In this document: positions 22,009 to 31,606 of the stretch, one piece after another
Numbering within the stretch: position 1 is the first letter of the stretch
How the letters are laid out: each line of letters begins with the position of its first letter
Virus record (IMG/VR): IMGVR_UViG_3300045988_111237
Span: 1 to 38,411 of that record
Strand: one strand, 5' to 3'
Length of the DNA stretch: 38,411 bases
Origin: a virus
Notes under the pieces: model-generated
Told to the model about the DNA's origin: nothing
Seen by the model: only the letters and a program-made list of their open reading frames with translations
The model's database searches: none
Position numbers and translations under genes: made by a program

Positions 22009-23962
22009 TGAGGAAGAGGTAATTGCACAGTTAAAAAGCACGTATGGGCAGGCTCTAAGGGATTGTGAAGCAAAGATACAGGAGTTATCGATGCGGGCAG
22101 ACCTTGAGCCTGAAAATATACAGTCAATCATATATCAAAAGCAATACCAGGAAGCAATCAAAGCACAGTTAGAGGGCGCTCTTGCGAATCTGCAATCAGA
22201 TTCATATGCAACTGTGTCTGATTATCTTACACGGAGTTATCAGGATGGATATCTTGGTTCTATGTATGATATGCAAGGGCAGGGAATACCGCTTGTGATG
22301 CCGGTAGACCAAGAAGCTGTGACAAAGGCGGTGATGCTTGACTCCAAGCTATCCACGTCTCTGTATGATCGACTGGGCGAAGATGTTAAGGCAATCAAGA
22401 AATCCGTGCGGCAGGAAGTATCGAGAGGAATTGCGCAGGGCATGACATGGAGCAACATTGCATCGAACCTTGCACGGAATATGAAGCATACGCCGTTCCA
22501 GAAGGCGTACAACAATTCAATCCGGATTGCCCGGACAGAAGGGCATCGCATACAGAATCGTGCCGCATTGGACGCTCAGAAGAGAGCAATCGATCGTGGC
22601 GCAGAGGTCGTAAAACAGTGGAATGCGGTACTTGATGGAAGAACAAGATCCGAGCACCGAGAATTGGATGGACAGATGAGAGAAGTCGGCGAGATGTTTG
22701 AGATTGCCGGATATAAGGCAGAAGCTCCTGGATTGTTTGGTGATCCATCGCAGGATTGTAATTGCCGTTGCTGTCTGGATCAGAGAGCGAGATGGGCGCT
22801 TAACTGCGGTATTGTGAAGATGGATAACTTCTCGAAAGAAACAGTCGCTTTCGAATCTCCGGAAGAGTATGCGGAGTGGAAGAAGGTATACTGGTCCGAT
22901 GAGAATATCGAATATATGCAGCACGTTACGGCAATGGAGAAGAAATATGGCAAGAACTTCGAGAAGATGCTTAATTCCATGACCGATAAGGAGTATGAGA
23001 AGTATAAGCGACTGCTGGATAACAACCCGATGTATAAGAAGAAAACTGCACTTGTAAAAGACAGTAAAAATGTTAGAATAGAATTAAATAAAGATATTGC
23101 GTCTACAAATGCACAAATAGATAAACTGAAAAATCAGTTTAAACAGTTGACAGATGGATATTCGTATGATGAGTGGTATAGAGATTTTAGTTCTATTGAA
23201 GATGGCTTTGGAGATGGAGAAAAAGATGCTGACTTTGAGAAACTAAAAAAAATAGATGCAGAATTAAAAGAATTATTCAAAAAGAAGTCAGGTTTAATAT
23301 ATAATAAAGAGAAAAGAGTTCAATTAGATACGGGATACAAAGGCAAGATTCCAGATGATAAGATTCAGGAATATAATAAAAAGGCGTTTGAACAGATAAA
23401 ACGAGATACAGGATATTCAGATGGAAAGGCAAAAGAGTTTCACAATGCTCTACTGGAATATTTCGGTGGCGATTATGAAGCAATTCTTGCTGGAGAAAAT
23501 AATACAGCGCAAATCATCAAAAACGGTATGGACTTGTTACCAACGTATAAAGGATCTATATATCGGGGGATGATTTTCAAAAGTGAAGACATAAAGATGT
23601 TCAGCGAGTTAAAACCTGGAGATATATTGCCAAACAAAGGTATGATTGGGAGTTGGACGAGTAATAACAGAACTGCTATATCTTTTGGAGGTATCAATTC
23701 ATATGAAAGAAGTTCAGTGATACTTGAATGTATTGATAATAAGACAGGTGTTGGCGTACAGCACATATCAAAATTTGGAGACAGAGAAGCAGAAGTTTTG
23801 ACCTCGGCAACTTATGAAGTTGTAGATATTGTTATAGAGAATAAATTTGATTATTTATCAAATCATAAAGAGCTGTTATGGTTCCCTGGAGATCTTGAAG
23901 ATGAGAAAACAACGATGAAAGGAAATATAGTATGCAGAATCAAAGTAAAAGAGAAAACTTAA
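21965..23962 (+). CDS. Head morphogenesis protein (Mu-F/SPP1 gp7-like) fused to a C-terminal ADP-ribosyltransferase domain
   Basis: 665 aa. N-terminal ARTEGHRIQN...DGRTRSEHRELDGQ...NCRCC (Mu-F core). C-terminal SIYRG ... GSWTS ... GDREAEVL, which is the R-S-ExE triad. Confidence 0.85.
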   Translation: MNKRQKEVLQAQLNSEEEVIAQLKSTYGQALRDCEAKIQELSMRADLEPENIQSIIYQKQYQEAIKAQLEGALANLQSDSYATVSDYLTRSYQDGYLGSMYDMQGQGIPLVMPVDQEAVTKAVMLDSKLSTSLYDRLGEDVKAIKKSVRQEVSRGIAQGMTWSNIASNLARNMKHTPFQKAYNNSIRIARTEGHRIQNRAALDAQKRAIDRGAEVVKQWNAVLDGRTRSEHRELDGQMREVGEMFEIAGYKAEAPGLFGDPSQDCNCRCCLDQRARWALNCGIVKMDNFSKETVAFESPEEYAEWKKVYWSDENIEYMQHVTAMEKKYGKNFEKMLNSMTDKEYEKYKRLLDNNPMYKKKTALVKDSKNVRIELNKDIASTNAQIDKLKNQFKQLTDGYSYDEWYRDFSSIEDGFGDGEKDADFEKLKKIDAELKELFKKKSGLIYNKEKRVQLDTGYKGKIPDDKIQEYNKKAFEQIKRDTGYSDGKAKEFHNALLEYFGGDYEAILAGENNTAQIIKNGMDLLPTYKGSIYRGMIFKSEDIKMFSELKPGDILPNKGMIGSWTSNNRTAISFGGINSYERSSVILECIDNKTGVGVQHISKFGDREAEVLTSATYEVVDIVIENKFDYLSNHKELLWFPGDLEDEKTTMKGNIVCRIKVKEKT

Positions 23963-23964
23963 TC

Positions 23965-24126
23965 ATGCAGTACAAAACATTGTTGCAAAAGGCAAGAGAC
24001 ACCTCAGATGAACACGAAAAAGAACACTTATTTCAGCGGGCATCGAAAAAATATAATGAGATTATTGCTGAAAAATTTGAAGATAGCAATGTAGGAAGAT
24101 TTAACGAAAAAAGCACTCCGCAGTAG
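23965..24126 (+). CDS. Small hypothetical protein downstream of the ART domain
   Basis: 53 aa. ATG 3 nt after the stop codon of the ART gene. Weak RBS. AT-rich like the ART-encoding segment. Confidence 0.4.
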   Translation: MQYKTLLQKARDTSDEHEKEHLFQRASKKYNEIIAEKFEDSNVGRFNEKSTPQ

Positions 24127-24140
24127 CAGGGTGCTTTTTC
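24112..24140 (+). terminator. Weak intrinsic terminator
   Basis: Stem AGCACTC / GGGTGCT (one G:U), 10-nt loop, TTTTT. Confidence 0.4.
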
Positions 24141-24166
24141 TGTGTAACAAAATAATTATGTAATTT

Positions 24167-24195
24167 AGACCATGATTAAAACGTGGTCTTTTTTT
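24167..24195 (+). terminator. Rho-independent terminator
   Basis: 8-bp stem AGACCATG / CGTGGTCT (one G:U), 7-nt loop, 7-T run. Confidence 0.75.
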
Positions 24196-24302
24196 ATGCC
24201 CAAAATCGGCTTAAGGCGATTAAACTGTGACGAATACTTACTCCGGCAAGAGTGATAACTGCCATGCGTGACTGCGATTAAAGTCAAGAAAGGATGGAAA
24301 CT

Positions 24303-24947
24303 ATGGAACTGAAAGATGTGTTAGGAGAAGAACTGTACAAACAGGTTCAGGCGAAGATTGATGAGCAGAACTCGAAGGAAGAGGACAAGCTCAAGCATGT
24401 TCGATTTGCGGATCTGTCGGAAGGAAACTACATCAGCAAAGAGAAGTATGATTCCGAAACCGAGAGATTGAATGGACTGATCACCGGCAAAGACACGGAG
24501 ATCGGCAACGCAAATAAGCTCATCGAAGAACTGAAGAAGGCGTCCAAGGGTGATGAAGGTATGCAGCAGAAGATTTCAACGTATGAGACGGAGAATGCCC
24601 GCTTGCAGCAGGAACTGGAAGAGACAAAGGTCAGCTCCGCATTGAAAGTCGCTTTGTTATCAGCCAAGACGGATGATACCGATTATATGACCTTCAAGAT
24701 CAAGGAGATGCTGAAAGAGAAGGGCGAAGAGCTCAAAATCGATGATGATGGCAACATCAAAGGATGGGATGATATGCTCACAACCCTCAAGACGCAGTTC
24801 CCGGCACACTTCGAGAGTTCAGAAGGTGGAAGTCGACAGATTATTGAGAATAAGCTGGACAAGGGAGATCCGGCTGGCGGTTCTGCAGAGCCTAAGGATT
24901 TAGCAGAAGCGCTGAAACAGCAGTATGAAGCCGCAACGAACGGCTAA
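24303..24947 (+). CDS. Scaffolding protein
   Basis: About 214 aa (alternative ATG at 24294). Highly charged coiled-coil. Located immediately upstream of the major capsid gene. Confidence 0.75.
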   Translation: MELKDVLGEELYKQVQAKIDEQNSKEEDKLKHVRFADLSEGNYISKEKYDSETERLNGLITGKDTEIGNANKLIEELKKASKGDEGMQQKISTYETENARLQQELEETKVSSALKVALLSAKTDDTDYMTFKIKEMLKEKGEELKIDDDGNIKGWDDMLTTLKTQFPAHFESSEGGSRQIIENKLDKGDPAGGSAEPKDLAEALKQQYEAATNG

Positions 24948-24967
24948 GAAAGGAAAGGTGAAAAACT

Positions 24968-25981
24968 ATGGCAATGACATTAGAAGAAATGAAGAAAGGT
25001 ATGAGCGATAAGGTGTTCTCGCAGATCGTGGATATCTTTCTGAGACAGTCTACCGTACTGCAGATGCTTACATTTGATGATTGTGTATCAGCATCCGGCG
25101 GTGGTTCAACAATGAAGTACAAGTATCTTAGAAAGGTGCTTCCGGCTACAGCAGAGTTCCGTAAACTTGGTGGTTCTTATGCAAACTCTGTAGCTACAAA
25201 GCATGAGTGTGAAGCAAGCCTTGCTATCATGGGTGGCGCTGTACAGATGGACAGAGTGCTTAACAAAGTAGCCGGTAACTTCGACAACCTTGCATATCAG
25301 ATTGAGGAACATATCAAGGCGATTGTTTCTCTGTTCCATTACACACTGATCAATGGCGATGCTACTACAACTGCATCGACAGATCATCCGGAATTCCAGG
25401 GACTGGATTCCATGATTGCTGGCACTGCAACAGAGTATGGTGCATCCAAGTCAATTGACCTGTCTACAATCGCCCAGATCAAGGCAAATGCAGACGAGTT
25501 CTACGAGGCACTTTCGCTTCTGATCAAGACTACTGATGCAGATGCAGTTCTTACAAACACGGAGACAATCACAAAGATTCAGACTGTTGCTCGTGTCCTT
25601 GGCTACAGAACGGAGAGCGAAGAGGCATTTGGTAAGCGTATTACAACGATTGATGGTATCAAGCTTGTTGATATGCAGAACCACTACACTGTAAGTGGAA
25701 GCAATGCAACTGCAAATTCTGTAGTGAAGAAGGGAATCAGCAGAAAGATTGGATCAGCAGAGACAGCAACAACAGGACTGACAGATATCTATGCTGTCAA
25801 GTTTGATGTGAATGATGGATTCCACGGCATCAGCCTGAATGGTGGTTCAGTTATCGATAAGTATCTGCCTGATTTCAGCAAGCCGGGTACAATGAAGGAT
25901 GCAGAGGTCGAGATGATCGCTGCAACCGTGTTGAAGAATACACAGCATGCAGGTGTACTTCGTAATATCAAGATTGCGTAA
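24968..25981 (+). CDS. Major capsid protein
   Basis: 337 aa. Strong RBS. Position after the scaffold. Size typical of siphovirus capsid proteins. Confidence 0.8.
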   Translation: MAMTLEEMKKGMSDKVFSQIVDIFLRQSTVLQMLTFDDCVSASGGGSTMKYKYLRKVLPATAEFRKLGGSYANSVATKHECEASLAIMGGAVQMDRVLNKVAGNFDNLAYQIEEHIKAIVSLFHYTLINGDATTTASTDHPEFQGLDSMIAGTATEYGASKSIDLSTIAQIKANADEFYEALSLLIKTTDADAVLTNTETITKIQTVARVLGYRTESEEAFGKRITTIDGIKLVDMQNHYTVSGSNATANSVVKKGISRKIGSAETATTGLTDIYAVKFDVNDGFHGISLNGGSVIDKYLPDFSKPGTMKDAEVEMIAATVLKNTQHAGVLRNIKIA

Positions 25982-26005
25982 GCAAAGAGAGGATAGGTGA
26001 TAAAT

Positions 26006-26188
26006 ATGCCAGCAAAGACAGAGACAAAGGCTGTAAAGTGGCTTGTAGTCGTTAACAATGCGCCTGCTTATTGCGGAGTTGGTGCCGGTGGCGTCCAGTT
26101 CGCAAATGGACAGGCTGTGATTGATAGCGAGCGCATGGCATCCTGGTTTGAGGAACATGACGGATATACTGTCACAAAGCAGCAGTAA
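26006..26188 (+). CDS. Small hypothetical head-module protein
   Basis: 60 aa. GGTGA RBS. Confidence 0.5.
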   Translation: MPAKTETKAVKWLVVVNNAPAYCGVGAGGVQFANGQAVIDSERMASWFEEHDGYTVTKQQ

Positions 26189-26200
26189 GGCGGTGATCAT

Positions 26201-26731
26201 ATGATTATGACCGTTGAAGAGTTGAAATCATATATCGATATTACTGCGAAGGATCCGGTGCTTGAAGCAAAGCTTCAGGCGCTGGAGCTTCTTATACGGA
26301 AGTACACGAATAACAACTTCCAAGACAGAAGCAGACGTTTCAATGCAGAGGTTAAGAGCGGAGTGCTACAGGGTGCATCGAATCTGTTTGCAGAGGGTGA
26401 CACCGTACAAATATCGGAATCGTTGTATAACGATGGATTGTATGTGATTAAGGGTATTGATATGGACAATGCACATATGGATTTTGATGAGCCACTTTCG
26501 GATGAAATATGTGTACTTGTAACGAAGGTCAAATATCCTATGGATGTGAAGCTCGGTGTAGCCAATATGCTGAAATGGGATATCGAGAACAGGGACAAGG
26601 TCGGTATTCAGTCGGAGACACTTAGCAGACATTCTGTGACGTATTTCAACATGGATGGCGATAATTCGCTTATGGGATACCCAAAGTCACTTCTTGGATT
26701 CCTGAAGCCGTATATGAAAGCGAGATTTTAA
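26201..26731 (+). CDS. Head-tail connector (gp6-like)
   Basis: 176 aa. N-terminal TVEELKSYIDI...LEAKLQALELLIRKYTNN typical of gp6-like connectors. Confidence 0.65.
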   Translation: MIMTVEELKSYIDITAKDPVLEAKLQALELLIRKYTNNNFQDRSRRFNAEVKSGVLQGASNLFAEGDTVQISESLYNDGLYVIKGIDMDNAHMDFDEPLSDEICVLVTKVKYPMDVKLGVANMLKWDIENRDKVGIQSETLSRHSVTYFNMDGDNSLMGYPKSLLGFLKPYMKARF

Positions 26732-26746
26732 ATGGATGGTGATTAG

Positions 26747-27079
26747 ATGATTGGCGGAAATATAACCGGTCAGATTCAGCTTTGTAAGACAGAGACGAAT
26801 ATCATCGGTTCATGCGATAAGACATGGGAGACTGTGGATGATATAACAGGGTATATTGATCTATCGACAGGAGACAGCAAGTACACAACATATAATGCTA
26901 AGATTCAGGAATCTACGCACGTGTTCTTTGCAGACTATAAGAAGCTCGACAGCCGCATCAAGGCGGAAAACAGTCGGATGGTGATCAATGACAAGGTATA
27001 TGATATCATGGTGATTGATGATCCGATGGAACTTCATGAGCAGTTGGAGATCTATCTGAAATACACAGGAGGTCAGTAA
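26747..27079 (+). CDS. Head closure / head-tail adaptor protein
   Basis: 110 aa. Call rests on position and size. Confidence 0.55.
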   Translation: MIGGNITGQIQLCKTETNIIGSCDKTWETVDDITGYIDLSTGDSKYTTYNAKIQESTHVFFADYKKLDSRIKAENSRMVINDKVYDIMVIDDPMELHEQLEIYLKYTGGQ

Positions 27080-27080
27080 T

Positions 27081-27491
27081 ATGTCCGATGTAGAGTTTAC
27101 AAATAATTCCATACAGATCAAGAAAGCGATCAGAGAAAAAGCGATTGCATTTCTCACTGAAGCAGCCGGAGAGGTTCAGACCGCCGTACACAATGCATCC
27201 AGAGTAGATACTGGAGAGACAAGAGGTTCATACACTTATGTAGTCGATGAATCTGAATTAGAAGCAACAGTTGGATCTCCAGAAGAAAATGCCATCTGGG
27301 AAGAGTTCGGTACTGGCGAATATGCCGTGAATGGTAATGGTCGTAAAGGCGGCTGGTATTATGAGGATAAGAAGGGAAATGGACACTTCACACATGGTAA
27401 GACACCGAACAGACCGCTTGAAAAAGCCTTCAAGGCTACGAATGGTGCAATTCAGAATCGAGCAAATGAAATATTTGGAGAGTTGAAATAA
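27081..27491 (+). CDS. HK97 gp10-family tail component
   Basis: 136 aa. RVDTGETRGS...WEEFGTGEYA motif. Confidence 0.65.
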   Translation: MSDVEFTNNSIQIKKAIREKAIAFLTEAAGEVQTAVHNASRVDTGETRGSYTYVVDESELEATVGSPEENAIWEEFGTGEYAVNGNGRKGGWYYEDKKGNGHFTHGKTPNRPLEKAFKATNGAIQNRANEIFGELK

Positions 27492-27865
27492 TGAGTATAG
27501 CAGCATTAAATTATGTTGGTGAACTAATGAAGTCCAGCGGGATTCCATACCAATTCGGAGAATGGGTTGGCGAAATCCCAGACCGATATTATGTTGGAGA
27601 GTACATGGAAGATGATTCTCCGACCAAGGAAGAGGATGGAAGTCAGGGGACAACATTTATATTGAATGGATGGACACGTGGGAATCCGATTCTATTTGAA
27701 CAGGACAAAGAAACAATAGAGAGATTCTTACCACAGTCACGCATGAATCAGGATGGTTCGTGTGTGGCTGTTTTTTATTCAAATGCATTTTCGGTACCGA
27801 CCGGAGATGGGACATTGAAGAGAATTCAGATCAATCTGACTATAAAAGAATGGAAGGTGAAATAA
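27491..27865 (+). CDS. Tail completion protein
   Basis: 124 aa. ATGA overlap with the upstream gene. Call rests on position. Confidence 0.5.
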   Translation: MSIAALNYVGELMKSSGIPYQFGEWVGEIPDRYYVGEYMEDDSPTKEEDGSQGTTFILNGWTRGNPILFEQDKETIERFLPQSRMNQDGSCVAVFYSNAFSVPTGDGTLKRIQINLTIKEWKVK

Positions 27866-28507
27866 ATGGCAGAAAACACATGGAGAGAACTGTGCGTATC
27901 TGGTGTAACAAAGGATACGCCGAAGCGGATACTGTTAAATGCGTGTGTACTGTACAAAAACTTTAAGTATGACACAAGCAAGAAGCTCTGGACAGGTACT
28001 TTGCTTGGTGCTACATCTGGCGGTACAAAGTTCACGATTGCTCCAGAGATTACAAACATCTCGGTTGATGGTGTGCTTGTTAATGCGAAGGGACTTGTGC
28101 AGAAAGTCGGCGAGACGGCAAAGGTTGAGACGAACATGGTCGAACTCACAAAGGACTGGTTGAAGGCAACAACAATCGGAAAGGAAGGCACGTCGGTAGA
28201 TGAAACAATGGATGTGATTGAATCCAAGGCAACAATCGAAGACAGCGATTATGTCGAGAATTTTGCATGCGTCGGATACAAGACGAACGGAACACCTGTG
28301 ATCGTATTATTTGATTATGCACTTTGTACATCTGGATTGTCGGCAGATACGAAGAACAAAGAAGCATCAACAATCCCAACGACATTCGATTGCTATGCTG
28401 AGCTCAAGGCAGGCGCTATGACGAATGTGCTTCCGTATCATATCTATATGCCGAAGGAAGTTGTTGAGAGTAATACAGTTGATCAGTTGCTGGATAATGC
28501 AGCGTAA
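27866..28507 (+). CDS. Major tail protein
   Basis: 213 aa. Located immediately upstream of the G/G-T chaperone pair. Confidence 0.7.
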   Translation: MAENTWRELCVSGVTKDTPKRILLNACVLYKNFKYDTSKKLWTGTLLGATSGGTKFTIAPEITNISVDGVLVNAKGLVQKVGETAKVETNMVELTKDWLKATTIGKEGTSVDETMDVIESKATIEDSDYVENFACVGYKTNGTPVIVLFDYALCTSGLSADTKNKEASTIPTTFDCYAELKAGAMTNVLPYHIYMPKEVVESNTVDQLLDNAA

Positions 28508-28534
28508 TACCGAATATTAGGAGGATAAGTAACT

Positions 28535-28996
28535 ATGGAAAAGGAAATGACAACAGAAACAGAAGTAATGCAGGGAACAGTGGAAGAAGCTGTACAGGAA
28601 GAGAAAAAGCCGTATACATTGCGAGCATTGAATTCGAAAGATATCTTCCCAATGATGAAGATTATTTCGTGTATTAAAATCAGCAAGTTTTCTGATTGCT
28701 TTTCATCGGATGAAGCAAAACGTTTGATAGAAAAATCTATGCAGAATCAGAAGATCACTATGAAGGATGTAGAAGAGCTCGGTATGGGCATTGCATTTGA
28801 GATTGGCGATGTTATTCTGGAGAATCTTCCGAATGCTGAGAAATACATCTATCAGCTTCTCTCGAATCTGTCAGGTATGACAGTAAAGGAACTGGAAGAT
28901 ATGAATCCGAGAATGTTCCTTACGATGATTATGGATGTGGTCAGACAGAGTGGATTCGCAGATTTTTTCAAGGTTGCTTTGAAATCTATCGGGTAG
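28535..28996 (+). CDS. Tail assembly chaperone (gpG-like)
   Basis: 153 aa. Acidic. Ends 27 nt after a TTTTTTC slip site. Confidence 0.75.
   Translation: MEKEMTTETEVMQGTVEEAVQEEKKPYTLRALNSKDIFPMMKIISCIKISKFSDCFSSDEAKRLIEKSMQNQKITMKDVEELGMGIAFEIGDVILENLPNAEKYIYQLLSNLSGMTVKELEDMNPRMFLTMIMDVVRQSGFADFFKVALKSIG
28963..28969 (+). other. Programmed -1 ribosomal frameshift site T_TTT_TTC
   Basis: X_XXY_YYZ heptamer in the gpG zero frame (GAT TTT TTC). The -1 frame is open from well upstream through 29298. Confidence 0.75.
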
Positions 28997-29298
28997 GTGA
29001 TTTAGAGTTTTGGGACTTGCTATTCAAGCGATATGCAAGTCCTTTTTTATTGATGGATGAGATGATTGCGACAGAGCGCTTGGTAGAGTTCGTGGATTCA
29101 ATTGTGAAGCGGACGAACAAGGATACCGAAGAGGATGTGCTGTGGGAGTTTTTCTTGAACAAGGTGCAGGGAGAATCCTATGAGGATTTCGTAAATCGTG
29201 TACGTGGTCAGGCATCATCTCAGAAATCACTATCCGATGAAGAGATCAAAGCGATGGTGGAAAATTCAATGAATGCATTCGGCATTGAATTGGTATAA
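28969..29298 (+). CDS. gpT-like extension of the G-T frameshift product (join 28535..28969, 28969..29298)
   Basis: The -1 frame ORF lacks its own convincing RBS. The ORF-track start at 29017 is a TTG. Confidence 0.65.
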   Translation, partial: QGCFEIYRVGDLEFWDLLFKRYASPFLLMDEMIATERLVEFVDSIVKRTNKDTEEDVLWEFFLNKVQGESYEDFVNRVRGQASSQKSLSDEEIKAMVENSMNAFGIELV

Positions 29299-29308
29299 GG
29301 AGAATGCG

Positions 29309-31606
29309 ATGGAATTATTTAAGATATTTGGACGAATCGCACTCAAAGGACAGGAAGAAACAGAAGATGGTTTAGATTCTGTGGCGGGTAAGGCATCCGG
29401 CGTAGGACAAGCTCTTCTGAAGGGCATTGGAACATTTGCAAAGTGGGGCGCTGCGGCGGCAACGGCAGCAGCAACAGCAACTGCGGCACTTGTGAAGAGC
29501 GCTGTGACAGCATATTCGGATTATGAGCAGTTAGTCGGCGGTGTCGAAACACTGTTCAAGGATTCGGCAAGTGAAGTACAGAAATATGCTGCAAACGCAT
29601 ATCAGACGGCTGGATTGTCTGCAAACGAGTACATGGAAACTGTCACAGGCTTTTCGGCGTCATTGTTACAGAGCTTGGATGGAGACACAAAGGCAGCGGC
29701 TGAAAAGGCGAATGTAGCAATCACGGATATGTCCGATAATGCAAATAAGATGGGTACCTCAATGGAATCCATCCAGAATGCATATCAGGGATTCGCAAAG
29801 CAAAACTACACTATGCTTGATAACCTCAAGTTAGGTTATGGCGGTACCAAAGAAGAGATGCAGCGACTTTTGGAAGATGCGGAGAAGTTATCCTGCCAGA
29901 AGTTTGATCTATCATCATATGCGGATATCGTAGATGCGATTCATGTTGTGCAAACAGAAATGGGCATCACAGGTACTACCGCAAAGGAAGCGGCAACAAC
30001 AATTCAGGGATCTGTGAACATGACGAAGGCGGCATGGCAGAATCTTGTCGTTGGAATCGCTGATGATACGCAGGATTTCGATGTACTTGTCAATAATTTT
30101 GTAGAATCCGTTACGACTGCCGGTAATAATATTCTGCCACGAGTGGAAATTGCCTTGAAGGGCGTTGGTACGCTCGTAGAGAAGCTTGCACCGATTATTG
30201 CAAAGACAGTACCGAATATCGTATCAACAACGTTACCGAGTATGATCAAAGCAGGCACCAGCATGATCCGGGCGTTGCTGGATGGATTGCTTAAGGCGGT
30301 GCCAGAGCTGATACCATGCTTTAAGGACATTATCAATCAGCTGATTGAGGTGATAGTGGACAATCTGCCACTGATCATCGAAGCGGCTGTTACGATAGCC
30401 GGAGCAATTGTATCTGGACTTGTAGAAGCGTTGCCGGATATACTCACTGCAGGTATTCAGCTGATACAGAGCTTGGCGCAGGGTCTTACCAATGGCATTC
30501 CGACTATTTTATCGACAGCAATTACAATTGTAAGCCAACTTGCATCAACATTGATTCAGAACGTGCCACAGATTGTGCAAACTGGCATTCAGTTACTGTT
30601 AGGTTTAGCGAATGGAATTTTGCAGGCGGTACCGCAGTTGCTTCAGGAGCTTCCGGGGATTATTACGCAGATGGTCGAAAATATATTATCTTGTATACCT
30701 ATGATCATCGAGTGCGGAATTGAATTATTGACATCACTGGTTGATGCGTTGCCGCAGATTATACAGTCGATTGTTGCAGTATTGCCACAGATTATATCGA
30801 GTATAATTGAGGCGCTGCTTTCACATATTGATGAGATTATTCAGGCGGGCATTAAGCTACTTGTAGCTCTGATTGATGCATTGCCACAGATTATCGATAC
30901 GATTTGTAAGGCACTGCCACAGATCATAGAGGGAATTACAGGTGCATTGCTAGATCATATTGATGATATTATTGCCGCAGGCGTTGAGCTTTTTATGGCG
31001 CTTGTAACTAATTTACCACAGATTATAGTAAGCATTGCAGGTAAGGTACCGCAGATTATTACAGGCATTGTATCCGCTATAGGTCAGTGCCTTGGTGAAA
31101 TGTGGGAAGCAGGAAAACGGCTTATGAATAAATTGTGGGAAGGTATGAAAGCAATTGCCCCGGATATAGCTGCGTGGACAAAAGAATTTGTAAAGAGTAT
31201 TTTCACACTGAATATAAATGTTGGTGGTGTGGCTCAGAATATTGCAAATAAAGCGGCGCAAGCAACAGGCTCTGGAAATACAGGAAGTTTTACAGCTAGA
31301 AAGCATGCAAAAGGCGGTGTTGTTGAGAAAGGTGAGATTGCACTTCTGGAAGGTGACGGAGCGGAAGCCGTTGTACCGCTGCACCAGAACCGTATGTGGA
31401 TTTCGCGAGTAGCGCAGGATATGAAGAATGCGTTAGATTATGGTCAGTCATCATCTGGAAGCAAAAATGACAATGCACTGCTTGAGCTTATATATGAGCT
31501 GTTAGAGCGGCTTCCGGATCTGATACTTGAGGGTATGGAATCCGTGAATATGAAAGTTGATAAGAGAGAATTTGCAAGAATGGTAAAAGAGGTGACGGCA
31601 ACTTGA
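29309..31606 (+). CDS. Tape measure protein
   Basis: 765 aa. AAGGAG RBS. Long helical protein with LPQII-type tandem repeats. Confidence 0.9.
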   Translation: MELFKIFGRIALKGQEETEDGLDSVAGKASGVGQALLKGIGTFAKWGAAAATAAATATAALVKSAVTAYSDYEQLVGGVETLFKDSASEVQKYAANAYQTAGLSANEYMETVTGFSASLLQSLDGDTKAAAEKANVAITDMSDNANKMGTSMESIQNAYQGFAKQNYTMLDNLKLGYGGTKEEMQRLLEDAEKLSCQKFDLSSYADIVDAIHVVQTEMGITGTTAKEAATTIQGSVNMTKAAWQNLVVGIADDTQDFDVLVNNFVESVTTAGNNILPRVEIALKGVGTLVEKLAPIIAKTVPNIVSTTLPSMIKAGTSMIRALLDGLLKAVPELIPCFKDIINQLIEVIVDNLPLIIEAAVTIAGAIVSGLVEALPDILTAGIQLIQSLAQGLTNGIPTILSTAITIVSQLASTLIQNVPQIVQTGIQLLLGLANGILQAVPQLLQELPGIITQMVENILSCIPMIIECGIELLTSLVDALPQIIQSIVAVLPQIISSIIEALLSHIDEIIQAGIKLLVALIDALPQIIDTICKALPQIIEGITGALLDHIDDIIAAGVELFMALVTNLPQIIVSIAGKVPQIITGIVSAIGQCLGEMWEAGKRLMNKLWEGMKAIAPDIAAWTKEFVKSIFTLNINVGGVAQNIANKAAQATGSGNTGSFTARKHAKGGVVEKGEIALLEGDGAEAVVPLHQNRMWISRVAQDMKNALDYGQSSSGSKNDNALLELIYELLERLPDLILEGMESVNMKVDKREFARMVKEVTAT
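30746..31141 (+). repeat. Three tandem 132-nt (44-aa) repeats within the tape measure gene
   Basis: Units start at 30746, 30878 and 31010 (ALPQII...ALPQII...NLPQII). The third unit is degenerate. Confidence 0.75.
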
